From Chlorokybus atmophyticus (Eukaryota > Plantae > Mesostigma and Chlorokybus algae): a stretch of DNA of 64,000 nucleotides. The position numbers were made by a program, and so were the translations under genes. Location: the NCBI GenBank assembly GCA_009103225.1, contig RHPI01002888.1, positions 62,001-126,000 on the forward strand, written 5' to 3'. Below are positions 50,606 to 61,834 of this stretch, in pieces. The notes under the pieces were generated by a model, which had not been told where the DNA came from, made no database searches, and saw only the letters and a program-made list of their open reading frames with translations. The stretch's first letter is position 1; each line of letters starts with the position of its first letter.

Positions 50606-50630
50606 AAGTTCAACCACATACCTAGTAGTT

Positions 50631-51083
50631 TGTTATGCGACCAATCATCGACCACGTGCACTGAGTTTTGCATACCGTATTTGTGCGAATACAACCCCCC
50701 TTACAAACAAGGGGTGCGGCTGATTGGGCCGGTTGATTGGGCCGGCCGGCATTAGGGTACATAAACACATCACATGCGCAAAGGCTAGGCGGCAATTGGT
50801 CGCATGGTAGTTGTTATGCGACCCATCAGCGGCCATCACATACGGCACCCGCGACTGCCGGGCTGCGCGTTATACGCGACCCGCCCGCCTCTCATGGCTA
50901 GGCGGCGACTACTAGCTATCGGCCGTTTGATCTCTTCTAAATACTTCTTGACCGTCCATAGCACATCACCACGTCCTGCAACTGCTGATGTCACAGCCCA
51001 CTCGACCATAAAAGACTTGGTGCTATTATGGTCGATTTGTGGTAATTTAATGTAGCTTCCCGTTACATTCCCCCCCACTTAAG
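50631..51083 (-). mobile_element. LTR-like segment with adjacent polypurine tract (3' end of a separate LTR element)
   Basis: TGTTA...GTTACA termini (50631-51067). On the minus strand, AAGTGGGGGGGAA directly precedes TGTAACGG, a typical PPT/3'-LTR junction. No partner LTR seen. Confidence 0.55.
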
Positions 51084-52019
51084 AACACTGACGTCCTCGG
51101 CAGATGGCTCCCATCAGCTTGGGAATCATCCCAGGGGTCTGATTAGGGTCGGTCACCGGCCCCACCACCCAAAAACCGGCTAACTTAGGCCCATACCGAT
51201 CAACGCGCGCATAGCGCACCGCTGCCGGCCCCACGGGTTGCATCGCGACATGCAGGTCGCGTCCTGCCGCGCCGACTGAACGCCGGCGCGACTGCCATAA
51301 GGAAAGTCGCGACCCATCGCTGATGGCACTTATGAACATTTACAATGTTACTGGATCAAGAAACAACAACCGCGGAATTCGTGTGCAAAGCAGGGATCGA
51401 ATCCAGGTCTCAAACTCCGATGACCAATGTCACAGCCGACTCGACCATAAAAGACTCAGCAGCATGCCGCCTTTTTAGCCCTCACTTTAACTGATTCACA
51501 CCATACCACTTCTTACCAACGATCACCGTATTTATCCAAACACAGCGTCCCCCTCAAATATAGCAATTCCCTTATTATATTCGATGGGGCACTGTATTTG
51601 ACCATACAATGCCACTTCCTTGTATACAGCTGCCCCTCCGCTTGCAGGCGGGGAAAAGGGGCTGATAAGGGCAATATCGACCGTTGTCGCAGTATCTACG
51701 GGCTCGGTTACATTAAGCACACCACAGTTTGTGGTGTGTTTATTGTAACAACAGGTTACACGGGGGTGACCTGACGCCCCGCACAGCGATGCGGCGGTCC
51801 CATCGGACGGCCTCACTAGACGACCATCATCCGATCAATCCGCAAAACCATAACATAAGATAAGCTGCGTTACGGCGCAGTTACGCACCGATTACTTTAA
51901 TAAGGGGCTCATTGTTACGGTGTATAACTTACGTTGAACGGCATGCCGGGCGGCAAAGCCCGCAGGGCCCGCCAGGCGTGCCGGTAAAGCGAGGTCTGCC
52001 TCTGTCGATAGTGTGGTGC

Positions 52020-52119
52020 TTGCCATGGTCGAGGGTTACGCCGTCTCGGACACACTGACGAGCGCTCATGCCGTGGGCATGCTGGTGCTGCGCGCAGCAT
52101 TAAAGCAACACAAACAAAG

Positions 52120-52215
<96 letters not shown>

Positions 52216-52423
52216 NCTCCCCTCCTTACTGTACCTACTGTGCTATAGTACACACAATCAACAAGCCACTACGATAGTGAATGAACAAGCAACTCAGAGA
52301 TGTTATGTCTTGGCTGATGCTCTCCTCCTTACTGTACCTACTGTGCTATAGTACACACAATCAACAAGCCACTACGATAGTGAATGAACAAGCAACTCAG
52401 AGATGTTATGTTGTGACTGATGC
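52020..52423 (-). repeat. Second copy of the gypsy LTR-like sequence, with poly-C fill and a 103-bp tandem duplication
   Basis: 52020-52120 resembles 52957-53062, and 52217-52265 resembles 53125-53171. A C95 run (52121-52215) plus an N replaces the intervening part. 52217-52320 is repeated at 52320-52423. Confidence 0.7.
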
Positions 52424-53222
52424 AGCAAACACATCACCGCCAAGCTCACAGCAATGACAAGCACAGCGCACAAGATATATCATACATTGTGTCTCACGTG
52501 GTAAGGCAGTCCTTGACAACCGGGATGGTGTGCTTCCAGTTCAAGTCGCTTCACCAGCTCGTAAAGTCAAAGTCTCTACTTTTAATACTCACTTACAGTG
52601 ACACCAGCGAGTCTAGTAACATGACTTCCTACTTATACATATCAAATGATGACTGTGTAGTGCCACGCGGCCACTAGGCCAACGGTCACATTGAGGCCGT
52701 ATGCTACTACGAGAATCCTTTAAGACTCGATATAACACATGAGTTAATAACAGATTCCTAACTGCTCAGCTACGCGCGGTTCCTACAGAGAGTTTTATAG
52801 AGTAGCCCTAGCTACATGCTACATACAGTACGAAGTTGCTAGCAGTAGACTAGGGCGCGCGCGGTCTTCATGCTGGTAGCCCGGGCTTGGGGCTGGATGT
52901 AGGTATGCTCGAGGAGGACTAGCATGCGAGGGTATTTGGCATGACAGCTGTCGTGCCTGCCATGGTCGAGGGTCACGCCGTCTTGGGCACACTGACGAGC
53001 GCTCATGCCCTTGGCATGCTATTGCTGCGCGCAGCATGTGGCAACACAAACAAAGACAACCCCCCAGACATAGGCTCGAGGATAAGCCTATGTGAGGATC
53101 TGCTCAGTAGTAGAGCTGGAGACGCTCTCCTCCTTACTGTACCTACTATGCTGTAGTACACACAGTCAACAAACCACCCCCCCTGAAGTTCTAGGGTAGC
53201 CTCCTGCTCCAGGACTTAGTTT

Positions 53223-54725
53223 CTACCGACTGTGTGGGGGACCGTTGATGCAGCAGTCATCGCACCAATACTCCCACAGCGGCACCTTGTTTAATGGAGG
53301 GTCAAGGCAGTAACAGTGCATGCCTTGGTTGCAGCCTTTGCATAACAGCATCAACGGGTAATTGTCAACACTGCCACATCTCTCGCAACGGGTGCTGGAT
53401 CTGGTCGAAGCTAGCAACGTCGGGAAGATGACAGGGCAGTTCACCACGTTGTCCATCATGCGCTCGCCTTGTTGTCCCAGAAGGTCTAGTACCCCTTTGA
53501 GATACACCTTCAATACCTTATAGAAAGTGCGCCCGATGAAGGTGTCAAGGGTGTCTTGTGTAGCCGCCATGCGGTAGACGAAGTCTCTTGGCTGGAAGCA
53601 GCGTTCTCACTCCTTGTAGAAACCCCTACGCACCCGCTCGTAACGAAGCGTGTCGTGCTGCTGAGCAATGCGCAGGTTGTTGAAGGCCATGGGGACAGTG
53701 TGCACGAACAGCCCGCTGCGCACTGTGAGATCATACAGCATCTCGTCGCGGTTGTCGAGATTGTCCACCACTCTGTTGACCTCTTGCTGTGCGCGGAAAG
53801 GGAGCAATGGCTGCCTTTCAAACAGCAAATTGTATGGGCTGTACTCTCGCAGTGCTGCCTGATTGGACAGCCGGTATCCCATAGCTACCCATGGGAGTGG
53901 GTATCCCATAGCTACCCATGGGAGTGGTCATCCCATGTGCTCGTCTCGTAGTTGAGGACGTACATGCGCAAAGCCTTTTTGATGGTCTGCACAGTATGCT
54001 CAGCGAGACCATCGGCTTGTGGATGGTCGCGGGAAGTACGGCGATGGTCGATGAAGCATCTATCCATAAGATTGTCGAAGGCTCCTCTAAACTCCGTACC
54101 TTGGTCGATAATGACTTCAGCACGGCTGCCGAAGCGTCCGAGTACATGGGAGATAAAAGCCTGTGCTACTCTTTCGCTGCTCTTGTCGGGAAGGAGCACC
54201 AGCTCCACCCATTTGCAAAAGTGCTCGATTAAGATGAGGATGTAGCGGTTGCCTCGTGCTGAGGGCGATAAGTCCCCGAGGATGTCCAATCCCCATCGGT
54301 AAAACAGTCCCAAGATGGGAAGGGGATGCAAGGTGGCGTTGCGCGTGTTTAGGCTCGCGCGGACCATGTCACACTGCTGGCAGTCGCTGACGATCTCGCG
54401 CACCTTTTTGTGCACCCCATACCACCAATACTGAGTCTAAACTAGACTGGCTGTGCGCTTGACACCGAAGTGTCCGAGCTCGGTGTGAAGGGCAGCAATA
54501 GTGCCTTCTCGCGCAGCTGATGTTGAGACCTCCTTGTCCTCATTTTGTATCCGTCGATACAGGTTGTCGTCGACCCAGCAATAGATGCTGAGTGCGTTGC
54601 TTGATGCGGTCTTCCTCGCGCGCGCTCATGCCCACTGAAAATTGTCCAGGCCGGAGCAGAGCGAGGAATGGCTTGTCAAGCCAGATGTCCTGTCGTGTGT
54701 CAGTGGGTGCCAACTCCTATTCGTC
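53223..54725 (-). pseudogene. Gypsy integrase (HHCC, DDE core) with C-terminal C4HC3 PHD finger
   Basis: LHTELGHFGVKRT..YWWYGVHKKVREIVSDCQQC; RWGLDILG; IIDQGTEF; HPQADGLAE; SPYNLLF; terminal CERC..MLLCKGCNQGMHCYCLDPPLNKVPLWEYWCDDC (53253-53387). Confidence 0.9.
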
Positions 54726-54730
54726 CACCT

Positions 54731-55155
54731 TGTTGAGAGTCATTCCTACATACGATCAGCATCGACCCTCCACACAGGAGTAGAAGGTCGTAAGGATGGG
54801 CACTAGGTCCGGACTTAGCAAGATGGCGTCATCGGACCAGACTCCGGACTCCAGACTGGAGCCTTACTAACTGCTTCGTATCTCCGCGTATACTTACTCA
54901 TGTTGGGCGTGTAAGACCTTGTTGGAAAGCTCTGGTTGTAAAAAAGACAACACAGCTTAGAGCGCGTCAAAAGGCTGAGTATAGCTTACGCAGTGCTTGC
55001 AAACGTAGACTTGTGTGTAACTGGCTGGTATAAGAACCAGCAGACAACTTGTAATAGATGAATGTGATGCGACTTGTGTATGCTCTGGTGGCGGTAGCTC
55101 TGTCTCTGTGTGTCTATGCTTGCCTCAACTACATGTGCATGCTAGCCCTTCAATA
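54731..55155 (+). repeat. Copia 5' LTR (425 bp)
   Basis: TGTTGAGAG...CTTCAATA; matches 59223-59640 with about 14 substitutions and one 7-bp indel (manual count). Confidence 0.96.
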
Positions 55156-55282
55156 GGTTATGGGCCCACACTACGCTTGAGGAGTGTGAGACTAGCTTGT
55201 GTGCATAGTAGTTCTACACTACGGTAGCTTGTTGGTAGCAGAGCCTTGGGTGTCAACTGCAAGAAAGGCAGGCTCGACAAAA

Positions 55283-58200
55283 ATGGAGGCGACCTACGAC
55301 AAGGGGCAGATTGCAAAGCTGGACACCGACGACTACAACACATGGTGCGTGGAGATGAAGGCCTTGCTCATCCACAAGAAGGTGTGGAAGTACGTTGATC
55401 CGAAGGCACCACCACCAACACCAGGAGCGAACACTGTGTGGTCAGAGCATTCAGCAGAAGCACACTCTTTGCTTGTGTTGAACAGCAAACCGCATCACTT
55501 TCCCTGCTCACTGCATGTGAAGATGGTAGACAAGCTTGGGAAAAGCTATTAGCCGTATTCAGCGCCAAGAACAATGCCAAAAAGTTGCATCTACGCAAGC
55601 AGCTCAGCGCACTCAGGAAGGAGGCAGCAGAACCCATCACAAAGTATGTTGCGCGCGAGAGAGAGCTGTAGGCGGACCTCATTAACGTCGGCCACAACAT
55701 GGGGGAGACGGAGGTAGTGCTGGCCATTATTGCAAGGCTACCAGCAGAGTACGAGGTCGTCGCAACCCTGCTGGAGACGTCATCATCGGAGTTGACGTTG
55801 GACGATGTGCTACCGAAGCTGCTCACCGTGGAGCAGAGGGTTGTGAAGAAGGACGAGCAAGCGGATGCCGTCGCCTTCTACACCGGCAAGCACGCAAAGA
55901 AGAGCAACCATGAAGAGAAGTACAAGGGCAACAAGCCAGGCAATCCTCGTCACAAAGACCTCACATGCCACTGGTGTGGTTGGAAGGGGCACATTGTGAA
56001 GGACTGTAGGAAGAAACAACAGGGGCAACCTAGAGCAAGCACCAGCAACAGCGGCAACGAGCACCAACACAAGGAGAAACATGTCGCCTTCACTGCATCC
56101 AGTTCGAGGGCGGGCACAGCTTTCTGGGTGGTGGACTCTGGCTGCGATCGTCATCTCACACCAAACAAGGAGGTGATGGAGGGCTACAGGAAGCTGACGT
56201 CCACAATCAAGGCGGCGGGCTTCGGTGGCGAAGTATTGGTGGCTGAGGGAGTTGGCAACATACGACTCCAGTGCAAGGTTGGTAACACACTACACGAGGT
56301 GTTGTTACGCAACGTCCTGCATGTTCCTAAGGCTATTGCGAGTCTATTCTCTGTGAGGGTTGCGGAGCGCTTAGGCGTGGAGATCCTATTTCGGAAGGGT
56401 GGCTGCTCAGTCATCCTTGATGGGGTCGTGCACATGGTTGGAATCGCTGATCCGGGAGGGCTCTACCACGTGGAGCAGCACCCTAAGGACATTGACATTC
56501 AAGCCATGATGGTGAAGGACAGGAGTCGCCAACATTGTGGCATCGAAGGTTCGGGCATCTTAGCTACGTTAACCTCACTCGCCTTGTCGCTGAGAAGATG
56601 GTCAAGGGCATCCATCTCAGCACAGAAGAACTCAAGAATGCATCAGGTGCACTTTGTGAACCATGCATGGTTGCAAAGCAGCATGCTATGCCATTCCCAT
56701 TATCCTCTTCATGCAGTCAGCATCCTTGCGAGCTTGTGCACATGGATGTCTGTGGCCCTATGCACATTGTGGTGAAGGGAGGGGTCAGGTACTTTGCTAC
56801 ATTCCTCGACGACTGCAGCAAGCTATCCGTCATCTTTTCGTTGACACTGAAGTCAGAAGTTGCTGGAGCTGTGCGCACAGTTGTGGCCTTGTTGGTGACC
56901 CAGTCTGGCAACAAGATGCAGGCAATGAGGAGTGATCGAGGAGGGGAGTACATCAACAAGGAGTTGAAGGAGTTCTTCGCCAGCAAGGGCATACGCCACG
57001 AGACAACGGCACCCTACTCCCCGCAGCAGAATGGAGCAGCTGAACGCCTCAACAGGACACTCTTGGAGCGTGTTCGAGCCATGCTCAATGACACCAGGAT
57101 GGAAGACAGTATGTGGAAGGAGGCGATACTTGCTGTCAACTACATCCGCAACAGGTTTCCGGTGAGCTCAGAGCAGAAGACTCCGTGGGAGCACTTCTAT
57201 GGAGCCACACCAGATGTGAGTGGTATGCGTGTGTTTGGATGCACGGCATATGCACTAGTGCCTCAACAGCTCAGGCACAAGCTGGAGCCGGTCAGCAAGA
57301 AGGGCATTTTCGTTGGCTATGAACCGGGTTCCAAGGCTTACAAGATCTTGCTCGAGGATACTCAGAAGATCATCGTGAGCAGAAAGGTGGTTTTCCACGA
57401 GGGATTATCACAACCAGAAGCAGGCTTCTTTCCTCGAGATGAAGATGAAGCACAGCCGGAGGAACTTCCTACAAAAGGGGGAGTTGCAGGCAAGGCCATC
57501 ATCGAAGATAAGGGTGAGCAGGACTGTACTGTAGCAGACAAGCAGTCGCACCTGCAGCAGGAGCACGCAGCTCGGAGATACCCAATGAGGGAGAGAAAGG
57601 CACCTGACTTCTTACACAAGGCACACGTCGCCAGTGTGCACAATGAGGAGCCAAGCACCTACGAGGAGGCATTGTTAGCACCAGATGCGGAGCAATGGCA
57701 GCGTGCTATGGACGAGGAGATTGCGTCACTCCATGCCAACAACACTTGGTCACTGGAGCAGTTACCGCAAGGAGTGAAGACCATTCCAGTAAAATGGGTT
57801 TTCAAGATGAAGCGTGATGGTCAGTGCAACATTGAGCGCTACAAGGCAAGACTGGTGGCAAAGGGCTTCTTGCAGCAGGAAGGTGTGGACTTCAACGAAG
57901 TGTTTGCACCTGCAAGTAAGCATACCACGTTCCGTGCACTGCTAGCTATGGTTGCTGCTGAAGACCTTGAGCTGCATCACCTGGATGTGAAGACTGCCTT
58001 CCTCTACAGAGAGCTGGAGGAGGAGTATCTTGATCGAGCAACCACCTGATGTGAAGAACGGGAGAGAGGCACAGCGTGCAAGCTGATCAAGGCACTGTAC
58101 GGGCTGCGACAGGCACCGCGTATGTGGCACATCAAGCTCACCAAGGAGCTGGAGGCACTTGGCTTCACCGCATCCTCTGCAGACCCTGGGCTCTTCATCC

Positions 58201-59180
58201 ATGCAGACAACAAGGTCTGGCTGCTCGTGTATGTTGATGATATCATCATCACCGCCAGGCAGGTGCACCACCTGCAGGAGACAAAACTTGCTCTACAGCA
58301 AGCATTCTCAGTCCGTGATTCTGGAGAGGCCTAGTGGTTCCTTGGCATGGTGATTGAGCGCGACAGGGTTGCACGCACAATCAAGATCAGTCAGGAGCAA
58401 ATGGTGAGAAGACTCGTCACCAAGTTTGGGCTCACTGAAGCAAAGACCAAGACCACACCGTTGGCACTTGGCATTGCCCTCATCAAGGCAAAGGATGAGG
58501 AGGTACTCGACAAGGCTCAGTATCCATATGGTGAGCTGATAGGCAGCATGCTCTATCTGGCAGTGTGCACACGTCCCGATGTTGCACATGCTGTGGGAGT
58601 ACTTGCTCGCTACATGTCTGCACCGAGCATGGAGCACTGGAGAGCAGCAAAGGGAGTACTACGCTATGTTGCTGGGAGCGCAACAGTTGGCATCAAGTTT
58701 GGGAGCGGAAGCACTGAGTTGGAGGGCTACTGCGACTCGGACTTTGCTGGTGACCTCAACAGCAGGAGGTCCACTACAGGCTACGTCTTCAAGCTGAACG
58801 GAGGCGTGGTGAGCTGGAACAGCAGGCTGCATCCAACAACAGCAGCATCTACATCAGAGGCTGAGTACATGGCAGCGGCAGCAGCAGTGAAGGAGGCACT
58901 CTGGCTTTGCAAGCTCATGGCAGACTTGGAGCACCCCATGGCGTGCATCGTCATCAACTGTGACAACCAAGGAGCCATCAAGTTGTTGAAGCACCCTATC
59001 GCCTCGGCAAGGACGAAGCACATTGATGTCATGCATCACTTTGTGCGTGACAGAGTCACAAGGAAGGAGGTGGAGTTCCAGTACTGCAACACTGAGGGCA
59101 TGCTGGCGGACTTCATAACAAAGCCATTGTCACCGCTCAAGTTCAAGACTTGTTGCGCACGACTTAGCATTTGTGTTTGA
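55283..59180 (+). pseudogene. Copia gag-pol polyprotein (disrupted)
   Basis: Gag YNTWCVEMKALL; zinc knuckle CHWCGWKGHIVKDC; protease WVVDSGCDRHL; WHRRFGH; rve VHMDVCGP, RSDRGGEY, PQQNGAAERLNRTL; RT YKARLVAKGF, LDVKTAFL, LVYVDDII; RNase H GYCDSDFAGD, KHIDVMHHFVRD. Several frameshifts and in-frame stops. Confidence 0.95.
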
Positions 59181-59222
59181 CTACAGGAGCAAGCGTTGGA
59201 GGTCAAGCTGCACGCGTGGGAG

Positions 59223-59640
59223 TGTTGAGAGTCATTCCTACATACAATCAGCATCGACCCTCCATACAGGAGTAGAAGGTCGTAAGGATGAGCACTAGGT
59301 CTGGACTTAGCAAGATGGCGTCGTCGGACCAGACTCCAGACTGGAGCCTTACTAATTGCTTTGTATCTCCGCGTATACTTACTCATGTTGGGCGTGTAAG
59401 ACCTTGTTGGAAAGCTCTGGTTGTAAAAAAGACAACACAGCTTAGAGCGCGTCAAAAGGCTGAGTATAGCTTACGCAGTGCTTGCAAACGTAGACGTGTG
59501 TGTAACTGGCTGGTATAAAAACCAGCGGACAACTTGTAATAGATGAATGTGCTGTGACTTGTGTATGCTCTGGTGGCGGTAGCTCTGTCTCTGTGTGTCT
59601 ATGCTTGCCTCAACTACATGTGCATGCTAGTCCTTCAACA
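59223..59640 (+). repeat. Copia 3' LTR (418 bp)
   Basis: TGTTGAGAG...CTTCAACA followed by TSD CACCT. Confidence 0.96.
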
Positions 59641-59645
59641 CACCT

Positions 59646-61250
59646 CAGGGTTGGCAACGAGCGCTTCCTCTAATAAGGGGTCGGTGACGGTGACAATGGG
59701 CTTGAGAGAGGGCACATCCTCGTCTGCTGCTGCCTCCGTGGTCTGATTCTTGCGTCCTGAACGTAGCGCTACGACAGCGAACATGGTCGCCACACCTGGA
59801 GGTGCGGCTGCAGGACCCCACTCGTGTCGGGCTGCTGTCGCCTCGTTGGTGTTGAGGTGAGGGTTGCAATTAAGGCCATTTGCGTCCTGGTTGACCAGGC
59901 CTGCCCGATGCTCCACCTCAAAATTATACTCCTACAGCAGTAGTGCCCACCGTGCCAACTTGCCTGTCAGGTGCTTGTTGGTCATCAGCCACTTTAGTGC
60001 TTGGTGGTTGGTGATCAGTTGAAACTGCTGTCTATACAGAAAGGGGCGGAAGAAGGAGATGGCCCATACTGCGGCGAGACACTCCCCCTCGTAGCTGCTG
60101 TAGTTGGCCTCAGCGCTGTTGTTGCTGCGGCTGGCATACGACACTACGCGCTGCTTTTTTATTATTGTCGTGCTGCACGAGCACTGCTCCCATGCCGAGC
60201 TTGCTTCAATCTATGTGCAGGATGAATGACCTGTTGTAGTTAGGTCGCTGCAAAATGGGAGCTGTGGTGAGCCAAAGCTTCAACTCCTCGAAGGCCTCTT
60301 GTTGTGCCTCCTTCCACATAAACTCAATTTCCTTCCTTAGCAATTCATTGTAAAGCCGCGCGTATTTCGCAAAGTCCTTAACAAACCGTCTGTAGTAGTT
60401 GGCAAGGCCGAGGAATGCACGCAGTCGCGTGAGATCAGTGGGGGCAGGGATGGCCACCAGTGCCTCCACCTTGGCTTGCTGTACATACACTCCGTGGGGC
60501 ACAATCATGTGCTCACGGTACCTTGTGGGTAATAAAGGTGCACTTGTCGGGGTGCACCGTCATCCCTACATTCTTCAGTCTCTGTAGCACCTCCGCGATG
60601 TGCCTGAGATGCTCCTCATTGCTGCGACTAAAGATGAGGATGTCGTCGATGTAGCAGCGTGCGAAGACTCATCCCTTGAGGGCTTTGTCCATGACGCGCT
60701 GAACTTGGCAAGAGCATTCTTCAGTCCGCAGGGCATGACCTTCCACTGGTACCGCCGGTTGCCCCAGAAGGAGGTCCTGTGCTTGTCCTCCTCCTCGATG
60801 GCGATCCGGTTGTACCCTTGGCGCATGTCCATGATACCGAAGACTATACAGTCTCCTACATCATTATAAATACCTTCTGCGGTAGGCAGTGGAGGCCTGT
60901 CTTGCTTGGTCTTCTTGTTGAGGGGACGGTAGTCACCGCACACGCCGGTCTGTTCAGTTGCCTGCTGAATCCTTCTTCAGGGGTATGACGGTCGCGGCCG
61001 CAAAGTCCAATGTAGATTCCTCGATCAGGCATGCATCTAACAGAGTCTTGCACCTCTGCTCCACCAAGTCTTCTTCCAACTTGGAGAGTCTGTACTGTCG
61101 TCGGAACACCGGTTCGGTGTCCACCAACTCGATGTTCATGTGGTAAACTGAGCAGATGCTCAGTTTCTTCACGCTGAAGCTGAATTGACTCCTTTACTTG
61201 TTGAGGAGAGCCTTGAGTTGTTCTCGTGTCTGGCCTGTAGCCAATGGTTC
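59646..61250 (-). pseudogene. Gypsy reverse transcriptase and RNase H (disrupted)
   Basis: EPVFRRQYRLS, KKD..CGDYRPLN, YIDDILIF, LRAFLGLANYYRRFVKDF, FILHID, ITNHQAL, LARWALLL. The reading frame resumes across the copia insertion (ANPEV|DE). Confidence 0.92.
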
Positions 61251-61390
61251 AATGGCATGGGACCAGGACGTAGTGTTGGCGACCACTGGAATGTCCTCCA
61301 CAATGACTGCTGCCTGCTCCTCCAATGTGGGCGATCTCGAGGGCATTGTGTGCCGCTTTGGTCCCTCGAACGCGATCAGCCCCGCCCCCC

Positions 61391-61638
61391 NNNNNNNNNN
61401 NNNNNNNNNNNNNNNNNNNNNNNNNNNNNNNNNNNNNNNNNNNNNNNNNNNNNNNNNNNNNNNNNNNNNNNNNNNNNNNNNNNNNNNNNNNNNNNNNNNN
61501 NNNNNNNNNNNNNNNNNNNNNNNNNNNNNNNNNNNNNNNNNNNNNNNNNNNNNNNNNNNNNNNNNNNNNNNNNNNNNNNNNNNNNNNNNNNNNNNNNNNN
61601 NNNNNNNNNNNNNNNNNNNNNNNNNNNNNNNNNNNNNN
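61391..61638. other. Assembly gap (248 N) inside the gypsy pol
   Basis: Run of N. Confidence 1.
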
Positions 61639-61834
61639 CCACTACGATAGGTAGTGCTATATACACAGTTCTTTACACGAGTGGATGATGTGTTACACTG
61701 TTAAGTGAGGTGAATGAATAAGCAACCTAAAGATGCTATGTCCTGACTGATGCAGCAAACATTACCGCCAAGTTTACCCCCCCGCCAGGTGCTCGAGCTC
61801 TTTGAAGGACACATGGCGGTCTTGCAGAGTAAAG

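Larger units (their letters stand above)
54731..59640 (+). mobile_element. Full-length Ty1/copia LTR retrotransposon nested in the gypsy pol
   Basis: 5' LTR 54731-55155 and 3' LTR 59223-59640; TSD CACCT at 54726-54730 and 59641-59645; PBS GGTTATGGGCCC at 55156-55167; short purine tract GTGGGAG before the 3' LTR; gag-PR-INT-RT-RH order. Confidence 0.97.

Noticed and set aside
51915-52351. Poly-Gly / poly-Pro ORFs
   Set aside because: Produced by a 95-nt poly-C run ending in N that replaces LTR sequence seen intact at 53063-53125; probably low-quality gap fill.
52217-52423. CRISPR-like array
   Set aside because: Only two whole 103-bp tandem units with no unique spacers, in a eukaryotic TE context.
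53223-53570. PHD finger as an independent host gene
   Set aside because: It is intronless, collinear with the integrase tail and immediately followed by the PPT and 3' LTR.
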